A stretch of DNA of 64,000 nucleotides, from the NCBI GenBank assembly GCA_043228905.1, contig JBHGNT010000014.1, positions 744,001 through 808,000 on the forward strand. The letters are read 5' to 3'. Made by a program: the position numbers and the translations under genes. The stretch comes from Azolla caroliniana (Eukaryota; Plantae; Polypodiophyta). Under the pieces are notes generated by a model, which saw nothing but the letters and a program-made list of their open reading frames with translations, did no database searches and was not told the origin of the DNA. Position 1 is the first letter of the stretch. Each line of letters starts with the position of its first letter. Positions 36,601-47,691 of this stretch are shown here, one piece after another.

Positions 36601-39600
36601 CCACAGCCACAAGTGGTTGAGTGCCATGCAAGACAAGATGGATTCCTTGCATGAGAACCACCCATATGAACTGACGTAGTTGCCGAAAGGAAAGAGGACA
36701 CTCTGGAACAAGTGGGTGTACAAGCTAAAACCAGGAGATGCTGGAAACCCACCGAGATACAAAGCCCGGATCGTGGTGAAGGGGTTCCAGCAGAAGAAAG
36801 GAGTGGATTTCGACGAGATCTTTGCCCCGGTAGTTAAGATGACTTCCATCCGGATGGTGCTGAGCATAGCGGCACGCATGGACCTCGAGGCAGAGCAACT
36901 AGACGTAAAGACGACATTCCTCCATGGTGACCTCGAAGAGGAGGTCGACATGCAGCAGCCAGAAGGATTTGTGAAGAAAGGGAAGGAGCATTTGGTGTGT
37001 CGGTTGAAGAATAGCTTATACAGATTGAAGCAAGCTCCCCGGCAATGGTATCGGAAGTTCGACTCCTTCATAACCAACCAAGGGTACTACAAGACGCAAG
37101 CCGATCATTGCGTGTTTGTGAAGAAATTTGACGGAGGGGATTTCCTAATACTCCTCCTATATGTGGATGATATGCTGATCGTCAGACGAGACCAAGGCAA
37201 GATTAGAATGCTGAAGAAGGCTCTGAACCGGACCTTCTCAATGAAAGACTTGGGTCTCGCAAGACAGATATTGGGAATGCACATCATCCGGGACCGGTCG
37301 AAGAAGTTGTTGTGGTTGTCACATGAGAAGTACATGACAAAGGTGCTTCAACGGTTCAACATGTCGGAGGCGAAATCGGTCGTATCGACACTTTCGGCAA
37401 ACTGCAAGCTATCCAGAAAACAAAGCCCGAGGACAAAGGTGGAGAAGACGGATATGATGAAGATACCATATGCTTCTGCTGTCGGAAGCTTGATGTACGC
37501 GATGGTATGTACTCGGTCGGATATCGGATATGAAGTCGGAGTGGTGAGCCGATTCATGAGCCATCCCGGAAGAGAGCACTGGAACGCAGTAAAGTGGGTA
37601 CTCCAATATTTGAAAGGCACCTTGTAGAAAGTAACGTGTGGAAGCAAGTATGAAGACCGAACAGAAGGAAGGAAACTCAGGTTCAATGGAGAGCTTGAGC
37701 TTACACGGTATACACAGGAGAGACAGAGAGAGTGAGAGAGAAGACACAAAAAAACTATATTCAACAATAATACTCAATCTATACATAAGACGTGCTCAGT
37801 GAGCACTTTTATACAAGTCCTAGAAGGACTGACCGAAGTACTCACAGTACTTCAATGCTCATCAAGAGCTCCTACACTAACTCCCAAATATATTCCTCAC
37901 GAAATATCTTTCCTAACGGCCTCCCGGTTTATGCACTCGGCCTAACCGATCGGTCCCAACCGATCCGGTCCTCGGCTTCTTCAGCCGATCCGGCTGATGT
38001 TGAGCTTGTCTCTCAACACTCCCCCTCAAGCTCAACTTGAGGCTCTTCAGGATCTTCACAGCACCGGTTCCTCCTGGCTTCTCGCCTCGCTCGCGCTCCT
38101 CGACCTGTTCAACTCCGCGCGCTTCGACCCTTCCGGTCGGCTTGTCTGCTCATGTGGCCCTCATCAGCTCTTCTGTTGTTGCGGTGTTGACGCTTCTTCT
38201 GCTGCCTTTCCTTCCGCTTGGGCCTCAGTTGATTCAGCGTGTTTGAATCAAACATCCGAACCGACTCGGCTACCTCCGATCGGTCTTCGCTCTCGTCCGA
38301 GTTGGCTGTCTCCAACTTGTCTTCGGTCTTCTCGCCCTCGATGGCGTCATCCTCCTCATGCGTGGTTGGCTTCGGCTCTCTCCTTCGGTTGCTCCCCTTC
38401 TGTCCGCTTCCGAACTTTTCGGCGGGTCCGCCCTCGGCTTCTTCAGCCGATCCAAAGTCGAACTCGACAACCGACTCGGTGTCGCGGTCTCCGCTCCTTT
38501 CCTGTTGCTTTGCTTGGTCGTTCGGGACTGTTCTCCGCCTCAAGTTTGGCACGTCGAGGTGACGCAATCCGAGCGCACCTGAGAATTATCGCAACTTGTC
38601 CAGACCAAGAGGCTTGGTGAAGATGTCGTCAGTCTGCCGATCCGTCGGAACGTACTGAAGTTCGACTTCACCGGAAAGGACACGCTCACGGACGAAATGG
38701 TAGTGCACCTCAATGTGCTTGGTCCGTGCGTGGAAGACGGGGTTCTTCGCGAGTTGGATGTTGCTGAGGTTGTCGCAGTAGATCGTCGTTGGATCGGACA
38801 CCTCCTCTCGCAGGTCCTTAAGTAGCCGCTTCAACCATATGGCTTCGCATGTCGCGACAGCCGCTCCTCGGTACTCGGCTTTGGTGCTCGACAGTGCAAC
38901 TGTCGGTTGCTTCTTACTGCTCCACGCGATCGCGGCACTCCCGAGGGAGAACGCGTATCCAGACGTGGATCGACAATCGGCGGCATTGCCAGCCCAATCA
39001 GCATCGGTGTAGCCGACTAACCGCATGGCTGCACCGGTCCGATATAGCAATCCCCGGTCCTTAGTGCCGTTGACATACCGAAGTATGCGTTGCGCACACT
39101 GAAGGTGCTCCTCGGTAGGTCGCGCCATGAACTGACTGATCACCCTGACCGGATAACTGAGGTCGGGTCGGGTGATGGTCAAGTATATAAGGCTTCCGAC
39201 AATTTGTCGGAACCTCGTCGAGTCGCATACCTTTCCCGTATCGGGACGAAGCTTGATGGTTCTGTCCAGAGGAGTCGAGACAGACTTACAGTCGGCCATC
39301 CCGAGTTTGAAGAGCATACTCAACACGTAATGATGTTGGCTGATCAATATGCCTTCGGGGGTACGGATCACTTCGATCCCGAGGAAGTAATGAAGGTCCC
39401 CCAGATCCTTCATGTCGAACGATGCCGCAAGTTGGAGCTTCACGCGGTCGATCTCACCTAGGTCGGCGCCGGTGATGACCAAGTCATCGACATATAGTAG
39501 AATACTAACCGGGCCGAGTTGACCTTTCCGGATGAATAGGGAAGAGTCTGATTTTGACGTGACGAAACCCATCCGACGCAGTTGTTGCGTGATCTTCGCG

Positions 39601-42235
39601 TTCCAGGCACGCGGGGCTTGCTTCAGTCCGTAAAGGGACTTCTTCAGTCGGCATACTGCCGAGGAGTTCGTTCCGGAGTGAAATCCGGGTGGTTGTACCA
39701 TGTACACTTGTTCCTCAAGGTCACCTTGTAGGAACACATTCTTTACATCCATTTGATGTAGGTGCCACCCCTTGGCCGCGGCTACTGCGAGCAAAACACG
39801 AATGGTCGTCATTTTCGCGACCGGCGCAAACGTCTCATCGTAGTCGATGTCGTGTTTCTGCGCGTAGCCCTTTGCCACTAGCCGAGCCTTGTACCGGTTG
39901 ACCGAGCCATCGGTGTTGTACTTGACCTTGTACACCCACCTACACCCGATCGGTTTTACCCCCTTCGGTGCGTCAACCAGGTCCCAGGTCTCGTTCTCCG
40001 CCAATGCGTGCATCTCTTCCTCCATCGCGGCATGCCAATTCGCGTCTTTAGCCGCTTCTACGTAACTCTCCGGCTCACGCACTACCGCTACACAGGGCAT
40101 GTACGCATAATGATGCGCCATGTACTCGTTGTATCCGAACTACACAACTGGGTTCTTCTGGCGGGTAGATCGGCGTAATCTCACATTAGCTGATGTCGAG
40201 GCCTTCTCGGTCGACGCGGTCTTCACCTTTAAAGACTCGTCACCGGTTCCCTCGGAGTCGGACTAGCGTCGGTCTGACTCGTTCCTATCCGTGCCGGAAT
40301 CCGACACCTTCTTCTTCCCTTTTTCTTCGCGCGTAAGCCGTCTCCTCGGCTTCCTGCGCGGGGAATGCACGGCCGAGTCTCCACTACTCGCCGGCTCTTC
40401 ATCGGACTGGTCGTACCAACCCAGTCATCCAATCGGTCCACTTAACTGGAGCGAAATTGGACTCTCTTCGCGGGTCTCGATTTTGGGCTCATCCGGAGGC
40501 ATCTCGGCCTCGCTGACCTCATCGTCAGAGCTCGGATTGGAGTCGAGGTTCGTAGTCGGGGGCAGGTACCAGGACGCGGACTCGTCAAACACAACGTCGC
40601 GGCTAACACGCGATTGTTTGGTGCGAGGGTTATACCACTTATAACCCTTCTGCCCGAGCAGATACTGGTGCATCTTGTAGGACCACGACGCGTAGTTGGT
40701 TCTGTCGAGCTTCTCTATTGGAAGCGAGCTCGCCATGCCTCTATCCATCGTTCTTCTCGTTCTTCTTCGTCAAGCTATGTCGGCTGCAGAGAGGTTCTCA
40801 ACCCTCGCGCTCTGATACCATGTAGAAAGTAACGTGCGGAAGCAAGTATGAAGACCAAACAGAAGGAAGGAAACTCAGGTTCAATGGAGAGCTTGAGCTT
40901 ACACGGTATACGCGGGAAAGACAGAGAGAGTGAGAGAGAAGACACAAAAAAACTATATTCAACAATAATACTCAATCTATACATAAGACGTGCTCAGTGA
41001 ACACTTTTATACAAGTCCTAGAAGGATTGACCGAAATACTGACAGTACTTGAATGCTCATCAAGAGCTCCTACACTAACTCCCAAATATATTCCTCACGG
41101 AATATCTTTCCTAACGGCCTCCCAGTTTATGCACTCGGCCTAACCGATCGGTCCCAACCGATCCGGTCCTCGGCTTCTTCAGCCGATCCGGCCGATGTTG
41201 AGCTTGTCTCTCAACACACCTCAAGTATGTGCCTCCAATTCGGCTCCGATAAACCCCTCTTGGAAGGCTTCACCGATTCGGATATGTCGGCAGGTGCGGA
41301 TACCGGCCGGTCTACATCCAGATATGTCATGACTTATGCAGGGGGAGTTATTCCGTGGCAGTCGAGGCTGAAGAAGACGATTACGTTGTCAACCACGAAG
41401 GCGAAGTACATGGCAGTTGTGGAAGCCGGCAAGGAGATAATCTGGATGAAGGACTTCATCAGAGAGCTAGGGATCCAACAGGAGGAATATCGGCTCTACT
41501 GCGACAGTCAAAGTGCCATCCACCTTGCAAGGAATGCGGCCTACCATTCCCGGACGAAACATATCCAATGGAGGTACCACTAGATCCGGGAGAGAGTAGA
41601 AGATCAAGAGTTCGTGTTGACAGATCCACACGGAGGAGAACGGGTCGGATATGTTGACCAAGGTGTTGACAACCAACAAGTTGGACACATGCCGAAAGCG
41701 GATCGGGTTGACGAGCCATCCCATGCCAGAGTGAAGGGGGAGATTGTTGGGAAGTCGGTCCCTCCGAATGGGATCCGGTTATGAATGAGGAGGACTCGGT
41801 GAGAACCGGAAGAGATCCGGAAACCGAATCGGATGGACCAGGTGAGAACTGGAAGAGATCTGCAAACTAGATCGAATGGACCCGGTGAGAACCAGAAGAG
41901 ATCCGGAAACCGAATCGGATGGACCAGGTGAGAACTGGAAGAGATCTGCAAACCGGATCGAATGGACCCGGTGAGAACCGGAAGAGAAGACATATTTGTA
42001 AATATGTTTTGAGTAAGCCTATTCAGGCTATATTTGTAAATAACCCTAAGTTTATATGAGTATAAATATGACCTAGGGCAATCATAGAAGATGGTTGTCA
42101 TATTGCTGTATGTGCATAATGGTTGTATATATATAAAGAGAGAGAGATACAAAGCGATACTCTGTTGTAACTGCCGCTTGGCGAAGATACAGAGCTTGAG
42201 GTCGTTGCCTCCGAGTCTCTAATTGTACCTTTCTT
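33630..42235 (+). mobile_element. Ty1/copia element B5 (Tork/Tnt1-like), defective
   Basis: Partial 5' LTR at 33630-34086 and PBS at 34090. Gag-pol at 34116-41734 has many stops and is interrupted by A5. PPT at 41729-41744, then a 3' LTR from 41745 with 43-bp repeats, truncated near 42235. Confidence 0.9.
37623..41216 (-). mobile_element. Ty1/copia element A5 (Bryco-like) with an internal gag-to-integrase deletion
   Basis: 396-bp LTRs at 37623-38018 and 40821-41216, TSD CACCT, PBS and PPT present. The junction reads MHQYLLG|QKGYKWYNP. The RT-RH ORF at 38586-40121 is open. Confidence 0.95.
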
Positions 42236-42268
42236 TTTGGTACATTGGAACCAAGGCTGCCAGCCTTT

Positions 42269-45200
42269 TGTCGGAATTCCGTGCTCGGCCACAACCGAGG
42301 AACTGGATCGATTCACAGAAAACGGGAAATACCACAATGCACGAAAACAATAGAGAGAAGGGTACACTGGATGTTTTACGTAGAAAACCCTAAATGGGAA
42401 AAACCACGGGAGTGCAAGACTCCAACTATCACTATACGCGGGAATGTACAATGGCGAGCTGCAAGGCGACGACCTTGAGCTCACTGTCCTCGCCACAGGC
42501 GGCGGTATTACACAGAGGCGTCGACCTCTTCCTTCCTCTTTCTCTCTCACTCTCTCTCGGCTGCTCTCACTTCGCTCCCTCTTAGTGGAAAACAGAAAAA
42601 TGAGCAACAACATAAACTGTTTGCCCTAAGTCATATTTATACACATATGACTTTCGGGCTATTTACAAATATAGCCTCAAGGGCTCTTGGCAAACATATT
42701 CACAAATATGTCCCCGCATCCGGATCTCCCTCCGGGTACATTCGTCATCCGGCACCGTAGCCGGGGTCTTCATCATCCGGCTCCGTAGCCGGGGTCTTCA
42801 TCATCCGGCACCGTAACCGGGGTCTTCATCATCCGGCTCCGTAGCCGGGGTCTTCATCATCCGGCACCGTAACCGCAACCGGGCTTGCCGTCATTCATCT
42901 CCGGACATCCCATCCGGAGGGACCGAAATCCCAACAAACTCCCCCTTCACTTCGGCATGGGATGTCTCTCCAATCCGACCCTCTTCCGGCACGCTTCCAG
43001 CTTGTCGGGTGTGAGCACTTTGGTCAGCATATCTGACCCGTTCTCTTCCGTGTGGATCTTCGTCAGCATGAACTCCTGGTCTTCTATCCTTTCCCGGATC
43101 CAGTGATATCTTCGCTGGATGTGCTTCGTCCGGGAGTGATAGGCCGCGTTCTTCGCAAGGTGGATGGCACTCTGACTGTCGCAGTAGAGTCGGTACTCCT
43201 CTTGCCGGATACCGAGCTCTCTAATGAAGTCCTTCATCCATATTATTTCCTTGCCGGCTTCAACAGCCGCCATGTACTCCGCCTCCGTGGTTGACAACGC
43301 GACCGTCTTCTGCAGCCTCGACTGCCACGAGACAGCTCCCCCTGCATACGTCATCACATACCCTGATGTGGACCGGCTGGTATCTTCATCAGCCGACATA
43401 TCCGAATCGGTAAAGCCGTCGAGTTCGGGCTTACCGGAGCCGAATCGGAGGCACACGTTTGCCGTGCCCTTCAGGTATCGGAGTATCCACTTGACCGCGT
43501 TCCAGTGGTCTTTGCCGGGATTGCTCATGTACCGGCTCACCACTCCGACTGCGTATCCTATGTCCGGTCTTGTACACACCATTGCGTACATCAAGCTTCC
43601 GACGGCAGAGGCATATGGTACTTTCATCATGTCCTCCTTCTCAGCCTTTGTCTTGGGGCTCTGCTTGCTGGACAACTTGCAGTTTGCCGGGAGGGTTGAC
43701 CCGACCGGTCTTGCTTCCGACATGTTGAACCGGTGAAGCACCTTTGTCACGTACTTCTCCTGTGACAGCCACAACTGCTTCTTCTTCCGGTCCCGGATGA
43801 TGTGCATCCCTAGTATTTGCCTCGCCGGACCCAGGTCCTTCATTGAGAAGGTTCGGTGAAGAGCCTTCTTCAGCATCCGTATCTTGACCTGGTCCCGTCC
43901 GACGATCAACATGTCGTCCACGTATAGGAGGAGTATTAGAAAGTCTCCTCCTTCGAACTTCTTCACAAACACGCAGTGATCGGACTGCGTTTTGTGGTAC
44001 CCTTCGTCGGTCATGAAGGAGTCGAACTTCCGGTACCATTGCCGGGGAGCCTGCTTCAGTCCGTAAAGGCTCTTCTTCAACCGGCATACCAGGTGCTCCT
44101 TCCCTTTCTTCTCGAATCCTTCCGGTTGCTGCATGTAGATCTCTTCTTCGAGGTCACCGTGAAGGAATGCCGTCTTCACGTCCATCTGTTCTACCTCGAG
44201 GTCCATGCTTGCCGCTATGCTCAGCACCGTCCGGATGGAGGTCATCTTCACTACCGGGGCAAATATCTCGTCGAAGTCGACGCCCTTCTTCTGCTGAAAC
44301 CCCTTCACCACGATCCTGGCTTTGTATCTCGGGGGGTTTCCGGCATCTCCCGGTTTCAGCTTGAACACCCACTTGTTTCGAAGTGCCCGCTTTCCTTTCG
44401 GCAACTCCACAAGTTCATATGTGTGGTTCTCATGCAGGGAATCCATCTCGTCCTGCATGGCACTCAACCACCTGCGGCTCTGGGTGTCATGCTTTGCTTC
44501 TTCAAAGCTCTCCGGCTCCCCCTCGTCGGTTAGCAGCACGTGCTCTGGTTCCGGAAATCTCCGGGGGGCCCTTCTCTCTCTTAGAGGATATCTCCGTTCC
44601 GGAGCTTCGGTAACCGGTTCTTCCGATTCTTCTTCATCCGAATCCATTTCGGGATCGGGGCCGGTTCCGGTATCATTTTCATCTTCTTCGGCCGGTTCTG
44701 TTTCTTCACCGTCTTCGGCCGGATCCTCGAGAGCTAACCGGTCCCTTGCCGGTCGGGACTGCTCCTCGTAGAGTTGATCCTCACCGGTCGACTTGGAGCT
44801 CTTCATCTTCTTCTCCGACTCCCAGTCGGCGAGTGTCTTGTTCTCCATGAAGATGATATCTCGACTCCTGAATATCTTCTTGTCGACCGGGTCCCATACT
44901 CGGTAGCCGAACTCGTCGTCGCCGTAACCGAGGAATATGCATGGCCGGGTCTTTGGATCTAGCTTTCCTCTCCGGTCCTTTGCCACATGCACGTATGCGA
45001 GACACCCGAACACCTTCAGATGCCGGTAGGACACTTCCTTACCGGTCCACACTTTCTGCGGCGTGTCTCCGTCCAAAGGTACTGAGGGTGATCTATTTAT
45101 CACATACGTCGCCGTCGACATTGCCTCAGCCCAAAACCCCTTGGGTAATTTCGCATGCGCCAACATACTCCGGACCCTCTCCATTATGGTCCGGTTCATC

Positions 45201-47691
45201 CTCTCGGCCAGCCCGTTCAGTTCCGGCGTCTTCGGCACAGTAAACTCGAGCCGGATCCCCTTCGAGCGACAGTACTCCTGGAACTGCCCCCGGTATTCCC
45301 CTCCGTTATCCGCTCGTATCGCTTTCAGCTTCTTGCCGGATTCTCTTTCCACTCTCGCGTGGAGTTCTTTGAAGACGGACAACACTTGGTCCTTTGTCTT
45401 CATCGGTGCCGTCCACAGTCTTCGGCTATGATCATCTATGAATGTTACGAAGTACTGGGCTCCGCCATGTGACTTCGTTTCTACCTGACACACATCGGTG
45501 TGCACCAACTCCAATGGTGCGCTACGTCTCGTCGGTGGCCTTGAGTGGAAGGAGGTTCGGTTCTGCTTACCGGCCAGGCAATCGGTGCACTTTTCCAGGT
45601 GCACATGCTTCACTGGGATAAGGTTGTCTTCTGCAAGCCTCTTCATCCCCTTCTCACTCATGTGGCACAGTCTTTTGTGCCACAGCTCACCGGCAGTGTC
45701 GGCTGCCACATTCAGCTCTTCCGGACATAGCCGGGAGTTCATCAGGTACAGTGTGTTGACCTTCCGGGCCCGAGCCACTATCAGGCTCCCCTTGCTGAAC
45801 TTCATGACACCGTTCCGGATGCTACCCGTGTAGCCTTCATCATCTAGCCTCCCGGCCGAGATCAGGTTCAATCGGACTTCCGGAACGTGTCGCACATCCT
45901 TCAGCAGCATCTTGCATCCGGTTGATGTCATCAGCCACACGTCTCCTATGCCGGTAATCCGGCATGTGCCTTCATTTCCCATCCGGACACAGCCATGCTC
46001 ACCGGCTGTGTAGGATGAGAAGTATTTCTTCTCCGGGGTCAGGTGGAACGACGCTCCGGAATCGACCACCCAGGTCATCTCTACACCGGCAAGGTTCAGC
46101 TCCCTCTCTTCGGTAATGAGCATTATCTCTTCTTCACTTGCCGCGAGTGCCGTCGTTCCTTTCCGGTCCTGCCCTCGCCGATCCGGACCTCTCCGGTCCG
46201 TGGCTCCCCGGTATGCACCGTTTCTCTCCGGTGACTTCTTCGAATCGGTGTCGTCGGCTCCGTTGTCCTTTCGGTAATGTCGACAATTCTTCCGGAAGTG
46301 CCCCGGCTTCCCACAGTGGAAGCATGTGGGCCTTCCTCTTGACTGCGACCGGGTCCCCGACTTCTCCCGTCTTTGCGGACTCCGGTTCCATTGTCTTCCC
46401 CGATCCGATTCGGTAAGCAGCGCCTTCGAGTCGGAGGCCGGTTCTTTATCTCTCCGACGCGCTTCTTCGTTCAAAATGCTTGTCTTTACCGTTTGTAGAG
46501 ACAAGTTATCTTCGGTGCAGGAGGTGCTGAGAGTCACCACCAAGTTCTCCCAGCTTTCCGGCAATGTACACATCAGAATGATGGCTTGCATTGCATCCTC
46601 CAACGGGAACTTGATCGCCGCAAGCTGGTTCACGAATCCCATGAACGTGCTTACGTGTTCCACCATACTCTCGCCGTCCCGATACTTGAGGTTCACTATC
46701 TTTCTCATCAGGGAGGTTCGGTTCAACGCATTCTTCCTCTCGTAGAGGCCCGACAGCTTCCTCCACATCTCATATGCGTTGGTGTCGTTCGCCACGTGTT
46801 GTAGAACGCTCACGTCGACGTATTGCCGAATGGTTGCAACGGCTTTCCGGTTCAGAAGCCTCCACTCCGTCTCAAGTACCCCCTTGGGTATTTCCGACCT
46901 GTCGATCGGTTCATACAGGTCCCGAACAATGAGCAGATCCTCCATCTTTATCTTCCAGTCGGCGTAGTTCTGCGCATTCAGCACCATCATCCCCGGCTGC
47001 CCGTTGCTGCCGCCTTCCATTTTCTGTGTTACCGTCGCTCTGATACCACTTTGTCGGAATTCCGTGCTCGGCCACAACCGAGGAACTGGATCGATTCACA
47101 GAAAACGGGAAATACCACAATGCACGAAAACAATAGAGAGAAGGGTACACTGGATGTTTTACGTGGAAAACCCTAAATGGGAAAAACCACGGGAGTGCAA
47201 GACTCCAACTATCACTATACGCGGGAATGTACAATGGCGAGCTGCAAGGCGACGACCTTGAGCTCACTGTCCTCGCCACAGGCAGCGGTATTACACAGAG
47301 GCGTCGACCTCTTCCTTCCTCTTTCTCTCTCACTCTCTCTCGGCTGCTCTCACTTCGCTCCCTCTTAGTGGAAAACAGAAAAATGAGCAACAACATAAAC
47401 TGTTTGCCCTAAGTCATATTTATACACATATGACTTTCGGGCTATTTACAAATATAGCCTCAAGGGCTCTTGGCAAACATATTCACAAATATGTCCCCGC
47501 ATCCGGATCTCCCTCCGGGTACATTCGTCATCCGGCACCGTAGCCGGGGTCTTCATCATCCGGCACCGTAACCGGGGTCTTCATCATCCGGCTCCGTAGC
47601 CGGGGTCTTCATCATCCGGCACCGTAACCGCAACCGGGCTTGCCGTCATTCATCTCCGGACATCCCATCCGGAGGGACCGAAATCCCAACA
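42269..47691 (-). mobile_element. Intact young Ty1/copia element C (Tork/Tnt1-like)
   Basis: LTRs at 42269-42936 and 47052-47691, TSD CCTTT, Met-PBS at 47037-47048, PPT at ~42938-42952, and an uninterrupted polyprotein. Confidence 0.97.
42947..47020 (-). CDS. Copia gag-pol polyprotein (GAG-PR-INT-RT-RH), 1357 aa
   Basis: A single ORF from the ATG just after the PBS (MEGGSNG). Motifs: CFHCGKPGHFRKNC, VVDSGA, HTDVC, ADNGGEY, YVDD, GFTDSD. Confidence 0.96.
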   Translation of the reverse strand: MEGGSNGQPGMMVLNAQNYADWKIKMEDLLIVRDLYEPIDRSEIPKGVLETEWRLLNRKAVATIRQYVDVSVLQHVANDTNAYEMWRKLSGLYERKNALNRTSLMRKIVNLKYRDGESMVEHVSTFMGFVNQLAAIKFPLEDAMQAIILMCTLPESWENLVVTLSTSCTEDNLSLQTVKTSILNEEARRRDKEPASDSKALLTESDRGRQWNRSPQRREKSGTRSQSRGRPTCFHCGKPGHFRKNCRHYRKDNGADDTDSKKSPERNGAYRGATDRRGPDRRGQDRKGTTALAASEEEIMLITEERELNLAGVEMTWVVDSGASFHLTPEKKYFSSYTAGEHGCVRMGNEGTCRITGIGDVWLMTSTGCKMLLKDVRHVPEVRLNLISAGRLDDEGYTGSIRNGVMKFSKGSLIVARARKVNTLYLMNSRLCPEELNVAADTAGELWHKRLCHMSEKGMKRLAEDNLIPVKHVHLEKCTDCLAGKQNRTSFHSRPPTRRSAPLELVHTDVCQVETKSHGGAQYFVTFIDDHSRRLWTAPMKTKDQVLSVFKELHARVERESGKKLKAIRADNGGEYRGQFQEYCRSKGIRLEFTVPKTPELNGLAERMNRTIMERVRSMLAHAKLPKGFWAEAMSTATYVINRSPSVPLDGDTPQKVWTGKEVSYRHLKVFGCLAYVHVAKDRRGKLDPKTRPCIFLGYGDDEFGYRVWDPVDKKIFRSRDIIFMENKTLADWESEKKMKSSKSTGEDQLYEEQSRPARDRLALEDPAEDGEETEPAEEDENDTGTGPDPEMDSDEEESEEPVTEAPERRYPLRERRAPRRFPEPEHVLLTDEGEPESFEEAKHDTQSRRWLSAMQDEMDSLHENHTYELVELPKGKRALRNKWVFKLKPGDAGNPPRYKARIVVKGFQQKKGVDFDEIFAPVVKMTSIRTVLSIAASMDLEVEQMDVKTAFLHGDLEEEIYMQQPEGFEKKGKEHLVCRLKKSLYGLKQAPRQWYRKFDSFMTDEGYHKTQSDHCVFVKKFEGGDFLILLLYVDDMLIVGRDQVKIRMLKKALHRTFSMKDLGPARQILGMHIIRDRKKKQLWLSQEKYVTKVLHRFNMSEARPVGSTLPANCKLSSKQSPKTKAEKEDMMKVPYASAVGSLMYAMVCTRPDIGYAVGVVSRYMSNPGKDHWNAVKWILRYLKGTANVCLRFGSGKPELDGFTDSDMSADEDTSRSTSGYVMTYAGGAVSWQSRLQKTVALSTTEAEYMAAVEAGKEIIWMKDFIRELGIRQEEYRLYCDSQSAIHLAKNAAYHSRTKHIQRRYHWIRERIEDQEFMLTKIHTEENGSDMLTKVLTPDKLEACRKRVGLERHPMPK

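Noticed and set aside
40645-40665. A5 gag-integrase deletion as a spliced (intron-less) copy
   Set aside because: No GT..AG boundaries in any register. The junction instead has 3-nt microhomology (TGC).
42755-42875. 28-bp (and 40/43/54-bp) direct repeats as a CRISPR array
   Set aside because: The units are head-to-tail with no unique spacers, lie inside LTR U3 regions, and there are no cas genes.
47021-47077. N-terminal extension of the 1376-aa ORF
   Set aside because: It starts at a non-ATG codon inside the LTR and crosses the PBS. The likely start is the ATG at 47020.
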